From an uncultured Lachnospiraceae bacterium (GTDB lineage: Bacteria > Bacillota > Clostridia > Lachnospirales > Lachnospiraceae), in contig CANQIJ010000001.1 of the NCBI GenBank assembly GCA_947624025.1, positions 1-58,370 of the forward strand: DNA of 58,370 bases, given 5' to 3'. Shown here one piece after another: positions 36,445 to 47,400 of the stretch; position 1 is the stretch's first letter; each line of letters opens with the position of its first letter. The notes under the pieces are model-generated. The model was not told the DNA's origin. It searched no databases and saw nothing but the letters and a program-made list of their open reading frames with translations. Position numbers and translations under genes: made by a program.

Positions 36445-39042
36445 TTAGGAAAGCAGATCTTCTAAGGACTGCATCCCGGTAAAGATCTGAAAAGCTTCCG
36501 CCGCTGCCGCTTCCGGTTGTTCCTCCGGGTTTTCTGGTTCCGGGGGCGGAAAGTCCGTTAAGGGTATGGTCTGCGGGTTTTCCTCTTCCGGTTCCGGAAA
36601 CGCCGGCATGTTTAAGACGGAAACCTGTCCTGCTTTTTCCATCTTCGGAGCAGAGGATTTCTCTTTTTCTTTACTGGTTGTAGTTACCGCCGGCCTTTTC
36701 TGTGTTTGATTTTGTTTTTCTTCCCGCCGGTCCGGGGCAGTTTTTTGTTGGTTTTCTGTGGGAGGCGCTTCCTCTTCCGGTATCGGGAGAAGCACCTGTT
36801 TTTTCCCGGTGCCGGGATGATCTGTTCTGGCCGCCGGTCTTTCCGGCGCTGGTGTTTCTTCTCTTCTGCCGGAATCGGTCTTTTTAGTTTTGTCTTTCTT
36901 TATGATATGAAGCGTCGGAACCGGCGTTTTCTCATGTCCTTCCTCTTCGGGTTTTTTGTCAGGTGCCGGCAGGATCCCTTTCTTCTGCAGGGATTCTTTT
37001 GCCTTGCCCTTTACATTCTCTGCGATCTTCCCGCTTTTAACAGCGATCGTCTGCCCCAGGGATTTTTTATGCCTGGCTCTTACTTTCAGGATGGCATCCG
37101 GATCATAGTCTTCATCGATCTGCAGTTTTTCGTCCTTCTCCAGTTCCAGGACAAAGCTTGGTTCGTGGTCATAGTCGAAATCCTTATCCACGACCCCGTC
37201 CCGGATCAAGCGCCAGAACGGGTAATGCTGTGCCGGCAGCACATACATCTTATCCTTATTTTTACTGATGAATCTCCCGTACGGATGATCCCCCGCCCAG
37301 TAAAATGTCTTCAGTTTGACCACATTGTGCTGGGATACCAAAAGCAGCACCTCGTCTTCCTTAAGGGATCTTACCTCTCCGGTTGTTAAGACCTGCCTGG
37401 TCCCCTCTCCTTCCGAGATGGTTTCCTGTGCATGGATTCCCAGTACATCCATCTTGTTTCTGTCGTAGCGCCGGTTTTTAACATTAATGGTCTGCTCGCC
37501 GCTCATCTCGGACCACCACTTCATAGTCTCCGGGTCATTCGTTTTTAACATCAGGAAATAGTCCACATCGTTCATGATGGTTCGCCAGGCTTCCTGCGGA
37601 TACCGGTTCTTTAACTGGTTGATGTCCTGGCAGGCCATATGGGTGACGATGTTACGGCTTCTGACGGTGGAAAGCTTTTTTTCAAACTTAGGGATCGTGA
37701 TACTGGGCGCCTCATCCAGAACCATATGTACCGTAATCGGCAGCTCCCCGTCTACCCGCATGTCTGCATACCGCACAAGCTCCTGGTAGAACAGGGTAAA
37801 AAAGAGGGAAACGATGGGCGACATGGATTCGTCCTGATCGTTACTGCCCACAAAGTAAAGGCACCGCTTTCTTCCGGGATTTAAGAAATCTATGTTGCCT
37901 TCCGTAGCAGATAAAATGGTCCGCAGTTTTTTGGAGTTAAACAGCTTCAGCTTTAACCGAAGACCCTGCAGCACCTGTTCCTTTGGTTTTTCGTCACCGT
38001 CTGCAAAGATCTTAAAGGGTGCGTAGGCCGGGTGGGATGTGGGGATCACGGAAAAATCCGCTTCCAGCCCTTCCACGTCATACTGCATGATATAGTGGAA
38101 CAGGGTCGCCAGGTTTTTGTCTTCCGGGCGGTAATCCTTTCCGATGGTGATCCTAAGGATCAGCGCCTGCAACAGGTTTAATGCGCCGTCCTGCCAGTAA
38201 TCGAACATGGCTTCGCCGTAATCCGTGGTTGCTATGATTGCGGTAGACAACACCTGCGCCTTATCCACATCATCGCCGACATACATCATAAAGTTGCAGG
38301 GATCGGAATTATCCAGAAACATCGGATTTAAGTTTAGAATCCGCACTTCGTAGCCTAACATCTTGGCAAGCTCCGATGTGATCTTAAAAAGCTCGGACTT
38401 GGGGTCGTTGATGATCGCGCTCTCCCCTTTCCGTAAGATCTGCAGGATCAGGGGGATGATGTAGGTTGCAGATTTACCGGCAGACGGGCCTGCCACCATA
38501 AGGACGTTCCGGTTGATCTTCCTTAAAGGATGTTTCTGGCCTACGACTTCCGCAGTGTTATACGGATTCTTTCCAAAGACCGGGTCTTTGATATTCTCGA
38601 TCGCACCCAGATTGAAGACCTGCTTCATCTCCGACTCTTCCATCATGGTATTGGTGCCGTAGGTTCCCTCGTTCGATACGTCATAATTTCTGTCGGTGTC
38701 TTTTTTAAAACCGGTCTTAAACAGCAGAACGCAGCGGAAGAAAACCCATTCCAGGAAAAAGAAGATAACCAGGGATAACAGGATCCCCTTATTTAGCCAT
38801 GCCGTCAGGATGTTCCGGAAATTCATCAGGTAGCCGCTGCCGCCGAGGTTCATCACAAACAGCGTAATGCTTCCCGAAAGCAGGATGGTGAGAAACAGAA
38901 CAACGATCAGCTGCCCGTAGAACAGTTTTTCATTGTTTTCATACAGATACCGTATCCCGCTGGACGCGTTTCCAAATACGGTATTCGCCAGTTTGTCATG
39001 GATCCTGTTTTTTAACCTTTGTATCATGTCTTGCCCTTTCAT
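36445..39042 (-). CDS. virD4: Type IV coupling protein (VirD4/TraG family)
   Basis: Two N-terminal TMs, Walker A GPSAGKS, DPKSEL, VLDEA and QDINQL..RY motifs; long disordered C-terminal tail. Confidence 0.92.
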   Translation of the reverse strand: MKGQDMIQRLKNRIHDKLANTVFGNASSGIRYLYENNEKLFYGQLIVVLFLTILLSGSITLFVMNLGGSGYLMNFRNILTAWLNKGILLSLVIFFFLEWVFFRCVLLFKTGFKKDTDRNYDVSNEGTYGTNTMMEESEMKQVFNLGAIENIKDPVFGKNPYNTAEVVGQKHPLRKINRNVLMVAGPSAGKSATYIIPLILQILRKGESAIINDPKSELFKITSELAKMLGYEVRILNLNPMFLDNSDPCNFMMYVGDDVDKAQVLSTAIIATTDYGEAMFDYWQDGALNLLQALILRITIGKDYRPEDKNLATLFHYIMQYDVEGLEADFSVIPTSHPAYAPFKIFADGDEKPKEQVLQGLRLKLKLFNSKKLRTILSATEGNIDFLNPGRKRCLYFVGSNDQDESMSPIVSLFFTLFYQELVRYADMRVDGELPITVHMVLDEAPSITIPKFEKKLSTVRSRNIVTHMACQDINQLKNRYPQEAWRTIMNDVDYFLMLKTNDPETMKWWSEMSGEQTINVKNRRYDRNKMDVLGIHAQETISEGEGTRQVLTTGEVRSLKEDEVLLLVSQHNVVKLKTFYWAGDHPYGRFISKNKDKMYVLPAQHYPFWRLIRDGVVDKDFDYDHEPSFVLELEKDEKLQIDEDYDPDAILKVRARHKKSLGQTIAVKSGKIAENVKGKAKESLQKKGILPAPDKKPEEEGHEKTPVPTLHIIKKDKTKKTDSGRREETPAPERPAARTDHPGTGKKQVLLPIPEEEAPPTENQQKTAPDRREEKQNQTQKRPAVTTTSKEKEKSSAPKMEKAGQVSVLNMPAFPEPEEENPQTIPLTDFPPPEPENPEEQPEAAAAEAFQIFTGMQSLEDLLS

Positions 39043-39141
39043 TGTATAGTATACTCATAGTGAAATTAGTATAATACAACGGGTAACAATTGCAAGCGGT
39101 TTTTCTGCAGGATGCTACTGATGGTTTTTTTCCATAAAAAA

Positions 39142-39165
39142 AGACACCCCCTGTTCCAGGGTGTC
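39142..39165 (-). terminator. rep terminator
   Basis: GACACCC...GGGTGTC stem with a minus-strand U tract. Confidence 0.65.
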
Positions 39166-39177
39166 CTGTTTGTAGAT

Positions 39178-39220
39178 TGTTAAATAATTATCACTCAAAT
39201 TGATTGATAATTATTTAACA
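39178..39220. repeat. 43-bp imperfect palindrome with 23-bp core, copy 1
   Basis: TGTTAAATAA-TTATCACTCAAATTGATTGATAA-TTATTTAACA; overlaps the rep stop codon. Confidence 0.8.
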
Positions 39221-40432
39221 GAAGTTTGCTGCCAGTTCTTTTTCCAAAGCGTCAAAATCATAATCGTTCTGCTCAAACTGGTTGAACGGATTTTCCTTCT
39301 TTGCTGCTCTTCCTTTTTTCGGGCTTTTCATATCCGGCCTGTCATAATAGCCGTCTTTGATGGCGTTGATGATGAATCCAACAAAATTCCCGATACCGTC
39401 GCAGTTCTCTCCGTAAGCTTCTCTGATCTTCTGGTAAGTCTTTTCCACCGTCTCATAATGATAATCTGCAGCTTCCGCGATCGCCTTCACATCACGGATC
39501 TTAAGCGGCTGGTCAATCAGATCGCTGATCATCTCCTGTATTTCTTCTTTTTCCTCTATCGTGATCTCCTGTTCTTCCTCCGGTTTGAAGCGTACCGTAA
39601 AGATAAAGCCTGTTATCTCATGGGATGGTGTCCTGTCTGTGTCGTAGCTTACCGTGATATCACTCTTCTTATTGATCTCTTCCACGGCCACGTTTACGAC
39701 ACGGCGCTTAAAATCTGCATTTGAGGTAAATCCTTTTTCCGATGCCGCCTCTACGGCAGCGTCGTAGTCGGGATTCTTTTTGTTATTCAGGATGGATTTT
39801 ACTTTTTCATCTGCAGCATTGACAACGCCAAGGATCAGTTTCAATTCGGACAGGGTGGCCGATATGGTAAAAAAGTCATCCCTGTTGCCGGAATTTTTCA
39901 CATTCTTTGGCGTGTATGCTCTGGAACGCAAAAACTCATACAGTCTGAAGGCGTATACGGAATTGAACTTCATCATGACGGGAAGTGACAGCTTCGTATA
40001 GTTGCCCTTCATTTCGATGAGGTACTCCTTCATCATGGGGTTAAAGTCTATCGTCATATATCCGTGGTCATACTCGGAATGGATGATGATGACCATGTAT
40101 TCAAATTTCTTAAGCTCCGGGTCATTATACCCGATCTTACGCCCGGTCATGCTTTCAGCCGCTTTATTTAACTGGTTGTAAAAGCTGCCGCTGTTTCCGT
40201 TTAAGATCTTTCTGATTCTTCCCGCGCTCATACGGAAGTTGATCTCACCTGTATCTGTTACGTGCAGATTAGATAAGGCCAGTGCCAGGAGCTTATTCTC
40301 CAGAATGGTGCTCTGGTACTTGGCACTGATCAGAATGTTCGACTTATTATAGATCAGCGCAGGTAGGTAGGCTTCCATGCCGGCATCGTCTTGTTCCTGT
40401 ATGGTTATATTCACTGCTTCTGCTTTTTCCAT
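39215..40432 (-). CDS. repB: Plasmid replication initiator, Rep_3/RepB family
   Basis: KSN.LI.AKY, F.SVYAFRLYE.L and FKR.V..AV.EIN motifs; C-terminal 'NPFNQFEQNDYDFDALE' tail. Confidence 0.9.
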   Translation of the reverse strand: MEKAEAVNITIQEQDDAGMEAYLPALIYNKSNILISAKYQSTILENKLLALALSNLHVTDTGEINFRMSAGRIRKILNGNSGSFYNQLNKAAESMTGRKIGYNDPELKKFEYMVIIIHSEYDHGYMTIDFNPMMKEYLIEMKGNYTKLSLPVMMKFNSVYAFRLYEFLRSRAYTPKNVKNSGNRDDFFTISATLSELKLILGVVNAADEKVKSILNNKKNPDYDAAVEAASEKGFTSNADFKRRVVNVAVEEINKKSDITVSYDTDRTPSHEITGFIFTVRFKPEEEQEITIEEKEEIQEMISDLIDQPLKIRDVKAIAEAADYHYETVEKTYQKIREAYGENCDGIGNFVGFIINAIKDGYYDRPDMKSPKKGRAAKKENPFNQFEQNDYDFDALEKELAANFC

Positions 40433-40503
40433 CTTTAATCTGTTTTTCCCTTCTTTTTTCTGCCTGTGTACAGTTGCCGATCTAAATAATTTTTCTTGAT
40501 TTG

Positions 40504-40533
40504 ATTATATATGACCCGGCGCAGAAATGTCAA
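40504..40533 (-). promoter_or_regulatory. rep promoter
   Basis: TTGACA-18-TATAAT on the minus strand. Confidence 0.6.
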
Positions 40534-40915
40534 TCTTTTTGTACATCCTTACCGCAATATCTTGTGGCTGAACCGTTTGCTTGTTTCTATATTTTGGTGT
40601 TTTTTCTTCTGCACATGCCTATAATTATATGATTTTCTTTTCCCTTTTCCATATTTTAGATTTCATTTGTACAATTCTGTCTTGGTTTTCCATAAAGTAT
40701 CTGATTTTAATCTGCCGCCTCGCCCCGCCTATTCCTCTTTCCTGGTATTACGACAATCGCGGCTTATTTTATCCGATTTCTGGTATTACGCTCCTTGATG
40801 TGGATGATTTTTGGTCTGTTTCTTCTCCTTTTCTACAGACTGTCTTAGCTTGCACCACGGCTTTCGGGTTTTACGGCTTTCCCGGATCGTTGCTTTTCTG
40901 GTTCTCTGGTTCTCC

Positions 40916-41835
40916 ACTATGGCAGAATTGTAGAATGTTTCTTACCTTTTTGGGAATCTTTTTATTTTTTCTACAATTCTGCCATACTGCATTCCTCTTT
41001 TCTGGTTCTACTATGGCAGAGATGTAGAATCTTTCTACATCTCTGCCATAGTGGTTCTAAATCTTGGTTTTACGGTTTTCGTAGTACACAATATGTAGCC
41101 CTGTCAGTTCTGCTATGGCGTAATCGTAGAATTTAAGCCTTTTTTCTTGGTTCGCAGTTTACTTTTCTACATTTTCGCCATCCCTTATCTCTCTCATTTT
41201 CTCCCTTTTTCGCCTTTCACTATGGCAGATTGGTAGAATTATTCTACATTTTTGCCATAGTGGTACTAAATCTTGACTTGCTACATGGTGTTAGCCACAA
41301 AATGTTGTATGTTATCTTATCGTATGGCAAAAATGTAGCTTCTATGGGCTTTTCTTTTGGTCCGGTCCGTTTTGCGGTTCTACATTTTTGCCATACCCGA
41401 TGCTTTGTCCTCTTTTTTCCTTTCGTTTTCTTTTAAGAATGGCAAATTTGTAGAATTGAATGATACTTTATGGAAATTACTAACAGGTTTCTACATTTCT
41501 GCCATACCTTTTTCTATCCCCTATTCAGTTTTACTGTCCACTATGGCATTTTTGTAGAATGTATTCTACCAATCTGCCATAGTGGTTTTCCTGGCCTTAT
41601 CTTAAGCCTGGTCTGGACTGCATCCTTTCTATTTATGGGTTTTATGCTTTTCCCATTCTACTTTTTTGCCATCTTTACCTACGTTTCTGCCAGTTTTCTC
41701 TACACATCTGCCGTTTTTGTCTACCCCGCCTGCAGTTTTGAATGCCCTGTTTTCTACATTTTCTGCCGCGTTTCTCTACACTTTTGGCCGTATTTATCTA
41801 CGTTTTCTGCCATCTTTTCCTACATTCTTGCCGTA
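40916..41835. repeat. Iteron field / probable replication origin
   Basis: About 20 copies of (AC)TATGGCA-N5-GTAGAA in both orientations upstream of rep, followed by an AT-rich tract (~41885-41925). Confidence 0.85.
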
Positions 41836-42084
41836 GCAAAATCATGTTTTTCCTTGTATTTTCGGCATTTACCGCATCTGCTAAGTTAAAAAGAAAAGAA
41901 ATTGTTGTTTTATAATTTTAATGGAACAACAAAACAGCCGCTGATCGGAACAGCATTGATACGGATATGATCAGAAAATACGGTATCTGTCTGCCGTTGA
42001 CAGTTCCCATCAAAATATTTTTAAAAATTTCTCTTGTATTTTTTCAAAATATAGTATAATATACATATGTGGTTGGTTTGTTCC

Positions 42085-42132
42085 AAATAAGGCTTTGTCC
42101 GTTTCCCTTGCGGGTACGTCCAAAGCCTTATT
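42085..42132. terminator. Hairpin 3' of the 42133 gene
   Basis: AAATAAGGCTTTG/CAAAGCCTTATTT inverted repeat. Confidence 0.6.
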
Positions 42133-43314
42133 TCATTTGCTAAAGTATTGGTCAAAGAATTTCACGATATCAATGCTTAATATCTTAACATAATTCCCCG
42201 CAAGCTCCGAGATCATTTTTGCTTGAAAACTGTAACAGTAGATTTGGTACGTTCTGGTTTTGTCTGTTTCGAGTAATGCCCGGGTGATGAATGCTTTCAG
42301 TTTGATCAGATTCGGAATCAGAAATACCAGTTTGCAGATATTGTTCTCGGTATCGTAGCCGTCACAGTCTACGCTGACCTCTGCAGCATTCATTTGTTCC
42401 TCTTTCCGCAGTATCATGTTTAAAATCTTTCCCCGCCATCCGCTTGTTATCATCATTTTTACCAATAAGATGCCGTTTTGGTCTTCGGGAACGATATAAA
42501 GCCTGTCGTAGGCGTACTCCATGTTTAATATGATCGCTTTTTCATTTTTACGGTAGCTTTCGTTACAGATTTTGACAAACAGGCTTTCATCGCGGGCAAT
42601 CACGACTGCATTCTTTGGTTCGTCTATCTTGACTTCTGACAGACTCTTTTTACTGATCAGCTGCGTGATGTAGGCGGACATCTTGACTTCACCAAATTTT
42701 TTCCATTCAATCAGTGATTCCCCGATGTTATAGACGGCATAGATTCCGCCTGGTGAGGTCAGCAAGCCACTGATGCGTGAGTTTGAGAGTTTTTTCGTTT
42801 TTTCTCCTTGTTTATTCTGATATGTTACTGTGTCGCGGTAGGATTCGATCTGCTTTAATTCATTTGATGAATAGAATGCCAGATCACTGTCTTCTAACAT
42901 TTCGCAACGCAGATCACGTTTATCCGGACCGATCTCTATCCCGCAAGCGTACATCATGATCTGCGTTGCGCTGTTTTTCATCACTCTCTCTGATGCCGAC
43001 TTGTTGATATTGTCACTTAGGGCTTTGATTTTTTCGCTCGCCGTTTTCTCATAGTATTCTGCGTATCCTTTCGGCACGTATTTTTCGTATTCTACGCGCC
43101 GACTGCTGTAATCTAGCAAGCGGATATTCTTTTCTCCACCGCGTTTATCGACTATGACCGTTTTATCTTCTGCCATCTCCCTTACTGCCCTCTGATACAT
43201 ACGGCAGTTGTCTGACAGCAAGCGGAGGCTTCGATATGGTATTACTGCTACGATATGCAGTAATTGTATGATTTCGTTTTTATAGCCTTTTTTATAGTTC
43301 CGTTTATTATTCAT
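42133..43314 (-). CDS. Hypothetical protein; possible non-HUH relaxase (Replic_Relax/MOB_C-like)
   Basis: Start MNNKRN (43314) after AGGAG/GGGAG; wHTH-like N-terminus; lies at the end of the T4SS region. The relaxase assignment is inference. Confidence 0.35.
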   Translation of the reverse strand: MNNKRNYKKGYKNEIIQLLHIVAVIPYRSLRLLSDNCRMYQRAVREMAEDKTVIVDKRGGEKNIRLLDYSSRRVEYEKYVPKGYAEYYEKTASEKIKALSDNINKSASERVMKNSATQIMMYACGIEIGPDKRDLRCEMLEDSDLAFYSSNELKQIESYRDTVTYQNKQGEKTKKLSNSRISGLLTSPGGIYAVYNIGESLIEWKKFGEVKMSAYITQLISKKSLSEVKIDEPKNAVVIARDESLFVKICNESYRKNEKAIILNMEYAYDRLYIVPEDQNGILLVKMMITSGWRGKILNMILRKEEQMNAAEVSVDCDGYDTENNICKLVFLIPNLIKLKAFITRALLETDKTRTYQIYCYSFQAKMISELAGNYVKILSIDIVKFFDQYFSK

Positions 43315-43621
43315 TTTTCTCCCTGTTCTCCTTTTTCTGACTCTGCTCTTCTCCCCTTTTTTTGTCCGCTCTGGCTCGTCTCTTTCTGCTTTCATTTCCT
43401 TCTGCGTTTTACGTTTCTTCTTGTGTCCTACTTTCCTTTTGCGTCTTACACCCAAGGAAAACAGGAACGAGAAAACCCAGTAAACATCATGGTTTGGGCC
43501 ATATAAAAAAGTGTTTTTTAAAAGTTTGGCAAAATCCCTGTGGAAGCACCTTTTTCACACAATCAAAAGAGTGCTTTCCATTATTCGTCAGACACCTTTT
43601 TGAAGCAGCACCGGCATCAAT

Positions 43622-44224
43622 TTATGGGGCTGTGTGATAAGCCTGGGGAACACTTTTAGCCAGTTTGACCGAAGGTCTGTCTGCCTCCCCATAAGCGATA
43701 ATGGCCAGAATAAAAGGAAAAGAAAATCCGCTTTCTTTTATCCTGACGATCAGTTCTTTATTGGATGCATCATCCATCACGAATACAGGGATCGTCTGGA
43801 TCAGTGAGCTTTTTTTGGAACTTTCCTTCTTGAGATATCTTTCCTGAAGCAGCGCAATCTTGTTCAGGCATCCTTCATCCAGGTACATCACATCGAAGGA
43901 ATCCTTTCTGCCGGCGGTAAAAAAGATATCTGCCGGAAAGACGGCCCGCATAGATTCCGAGAAGTCGCTCTTGGAAGAATCCAGTTCCAGCATAGCCCAG
44001 ATACAGGAAATCGTTGGCCGTGACATTTTAGAATTGATCGTAACCAGGTACCTGGAAGAAATCACGGACAGGACACGCTTCTTGATCAGGCAGTTTACCA
44101 GTGTAATTACATATTTGCTTTCCAGTGGCTGCATAAGCACCTTAAGCTGCTCGATATCCAGACAGCCGAATTTAGAAACATAAGATAAGATGTCATGTTC
44201 TTCTCTTGTAAGTTGTACCATCAT
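43622..44224 (-). CDS. DUF5697-like protein (wHTH N-terminus)
   Basis: 'LTREE..IL.Y...FGCL..EQL' pattern recalled from clostridial conjugative elements; GGAGG RBS. Confidence 0.5.
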   Translation of the reverse strand: MMVQLTREEHDILSYVSKFGCLDIEQLKVLMQPLESKYVITLVNCLIKKRVLSVISSRYLVTINSKMSRPTISCIWAMLELDSSKSDFSESMRAVFPADIFFTAGRKDSFDVMYLDEGCLNKIALLQERYLKKESSKKSSLIQTIPVFVMDDASNKELIVRIKESGFSFPFILAIIAYGEADRPSVKLAKSVPQAYHTAP

Positions 44225-44458
44225 GCTACCTCCTTTTATTGTACAATTTGCATGGTATTTGTATAATTTGATACTGCTTTCTGTAACTTTGATATCGCAT
44301 TAAGGCGTATCTAAAAGAAAAACCTATAAACGGTATCTATTTAATAGTAAAACCGTGAAAAAACCGCTATAAACTTGTAAAAACCCTATTTTTGTTATGC
44401 GATTTTATGATTTTAAACACACATTCTAAGAATTTCACCTCACTTTCTTATAATTCAA

Positions 44459-47400
44459 TCAATTTTTTACAGATTTTGTTGCTTTCTCTTCTAACTGGGC
44501 ATAATACTTCAATTTATTTGGGTCGGTTGTGAAATCCCGGTCTTCCATCGCGGAAGGAAGGATGTTGATGCAGATCTTGGCGTGTCGAGTAAGCAGCATT
44601 GCCTGGCCTGGTTTAAAATGGGTGATCATGTCAACGTCATCATCATTCAGCCCCAGATTTTCTGCGACCTTTCTTGCCTGCGGTTCTTCCATGTACATGA
44701 CGAATTTAATGGCAGTACCATATACGACTGCACGTCCTGTTTCGTCAGCCATAAGATCATCAATATCTTGTGTGGTGATACAGATGGACCCTCCGTAGCC
44801 ACGGACGATCTTAACCATTTCCTTGATCTCCAGGGCAGCTTCTTTATACTTCATAAGCTTCCACGCCTCTTCGATGATGATCGTATCTAAGGACAGGCGG
44901 TTCTGCTTTACCAGTCCGTAAGTACATTGAATCGGAATATAGAAAAAGGATGGAAGCAGATCCTCGGGAATGTTGTTCTCGTCAATATAAAAGACGATAA
45001 ACTTATTTTCCAGATCCACATTGGTTGGACCATTTAAGTTACTGCAGTTTCCGAACACATACTTGGAAAGAGCCTTGGTAATCCGGTCCAGTTCAGGATA
45101 TACAACCAGTCTGTCATAAATATCTCCGATAATAGGCATGTACTTAATCTCGCCGTTTTCGTCGTAGATGGAGTCATTATCATGACTAATGCCGAACCGG
45201 TTATATAAGGTATAAAGTTCTTCCTGCACCAGATCGTGCTCCATATCAGACATGGGCTGGTCCTTAAGGTTTAAATTGATCCAGGTCAGCAGATAGGATA
45301 TCTGACCGGATAAAAGCGAGGAAGTGACATTGGATTCTTCGTGCAGCATATCTCTGTCAATTTGTGCTTCCGGCCTGATCTCGCAGATATTGATACAGTC
45401 TTTGCTGCCAGGATACAGATGGATAAAACTGCCGCCGATATGCATACATCCTCTGTAGGACTCATGCCCCTTTAGGGGAATGATCAAAAAGATCCGGCAT
45501 AAGGATATGCGAAGGGATCTGGCAATGATATTCTGGGTATAGGTTTTGCCGGCACCGGTCGCACCAAGGATCGTCATGTTGGCATTCGTGAAATAAGCCG
45601 TATTAAACGGATTGATCGTCACCAGAGACAGGTTGCCTGCCATGGCATTTTGTCCAAGCGGAGCTCCTGTGTAATCATTAAACTCAAAAGATGTAAACAG
45701 GTACAGGGATCCGAGAGAACTTGTAAGGTAATTCCTTTTATTCCGTCTGAAGATATCGCCTGCCACTTCAAACAGAGGTAGTGTCATGTTAAAGAATTTT
45801 CTCACGTTTCCATAGGCATCTTCCATGTAGAGTTTTTTTGTGGCCATGTCTTTAATAAAAAACTGCTTTTTCTGGCGAAGCTCCATGATCGAATCTGCCC
45901 GTAAGGAAATCAGGATCACGACATCAAACAGATTTTCCCCATGATTCATATGATCCACAATATAGGTTTTATTCTGGACTTTGGTTAGCAGGTTTTCTCT
46001 TTTGGCAGAGGACTGGGTATTTTTCAAATCCACGGTTTGAATCCTGGTATACTGTGACAAAGCAGAAACCGTGGTATCATGGTTTTTGCGTGATATATAA
46101 ATATCAAGATCTATGCCATCACCCAGAGCCATGAGCAGGTCTGTCCACCCGATGTAGGTGATGCCGGGATGACCAAATTCCTTCAAGGCAAAATAAGTCA
46201 CATACTGGCCATCGATCATCACGTATTCCTGGCTGTTAAACGTAAGACCTTTGGGCGCCAGAAAATCCATGTCTATCGTGCTCTTCTGCTTCTTTGATTT
46301 AGAGGTCGAGTTGTAAAAATCAACATCTCCGATCATCCGGTTGATCCGATCCTGGAAAAATTCATTCCTGCAGGAACGGCGGTTTAAAATGTAATAAAGA
46401 ATTTCGCCGATTTCGTAGCTTGACCGATCAATGGCATAATCCACGACACTGTTTCCGCACTCGGAAAAAGCCTGTACAATGGCTCCCTTTGTCGTTTCCA
46501 AATCTGACCAGATATCCTGGGCATCGCTGGAAGTGCCTTCGTACCGAAAAATAAAAAAATATCGTTTGCTAACGGTTGCGTCGCTGCTGATACTCTTGAT
46601 TTTTTGGATCAGATCCTGCGCACATTCAACGAATCCGTCAGACACTCCGCGCTGCCATTTTTCCTCTTCGCATTTTTGTTTGATGTGTGCGATCATACGG
46701 GCCGGGTTGTTTTTATCGCAGATACACTTCAAATGGACCTGCGAAGGCCCCTCATTAAAGATGGATGCAAAGATACGGGCGATCCGGTCCTGCTTCGTTA
46801 AAGACATATCAGAAAAATTTACAGGGAGCACTTCCAGTATTTTGATAAACATACCGCTCGTTGTCTGAATAATACCGTTTTTTACTTGTTTGATCGGAAT
46901 CGCATCCTGGGAAAATCCCTGGCGGATACGGCGTTCTTTTCTTGCCTTTTTTTTCTTTTCTTTATTGGTAACGGCCTTTTTAATGGATCGGTAGCCGGTA
47001 CCGATTGCCTGATTGACTTTTTCGCTTTCCTTTAAGGACGTCAGCATGGATTCTGCAACAGACTTCTTTTCTCCAGACTCCGGATCCGTGCTTACCGATA
47101 AATGAATCCCCTTGATTTTCTTAAGGGCTTCTGCTCTATCCTGTGCAGATCCCGAAACGGTGTTGTCTTTCTCGTATCCGGCATCATCTGTCACCGTATC
47201 ATCATTTACTTCGTCTGAATACTGCATAAAATCGGCATCAGCCATTGTATCCTGATCCGCTGCCATATCATCAGAGGTTTCTTCAGAAATCATATCAGAA
47301 TATTCAGGTGTATCATAACCATCTTTATATTCGTCCTCTTCAAAAACTTCCGACTCCAGCACAGAAGAAACAGGTTCAGTGTTCGATGTTGCTGTGTTCT

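Noticed and set aside
40916-41835. Repeat field read as a CRISPR array
   Set aside because: Copies occur in both orientations with irregular spacing and sit upstream of a Rep_3 gene, which fits iterons.
40581-41889. Plus-strand Phe/Ser-rich ORFs (40581-41027, 41230-41436, 41357-41557, 41470-41889)
   Set aside because: By-products of the T-rich strand bias and iteron repeats; no RBS or family signal.
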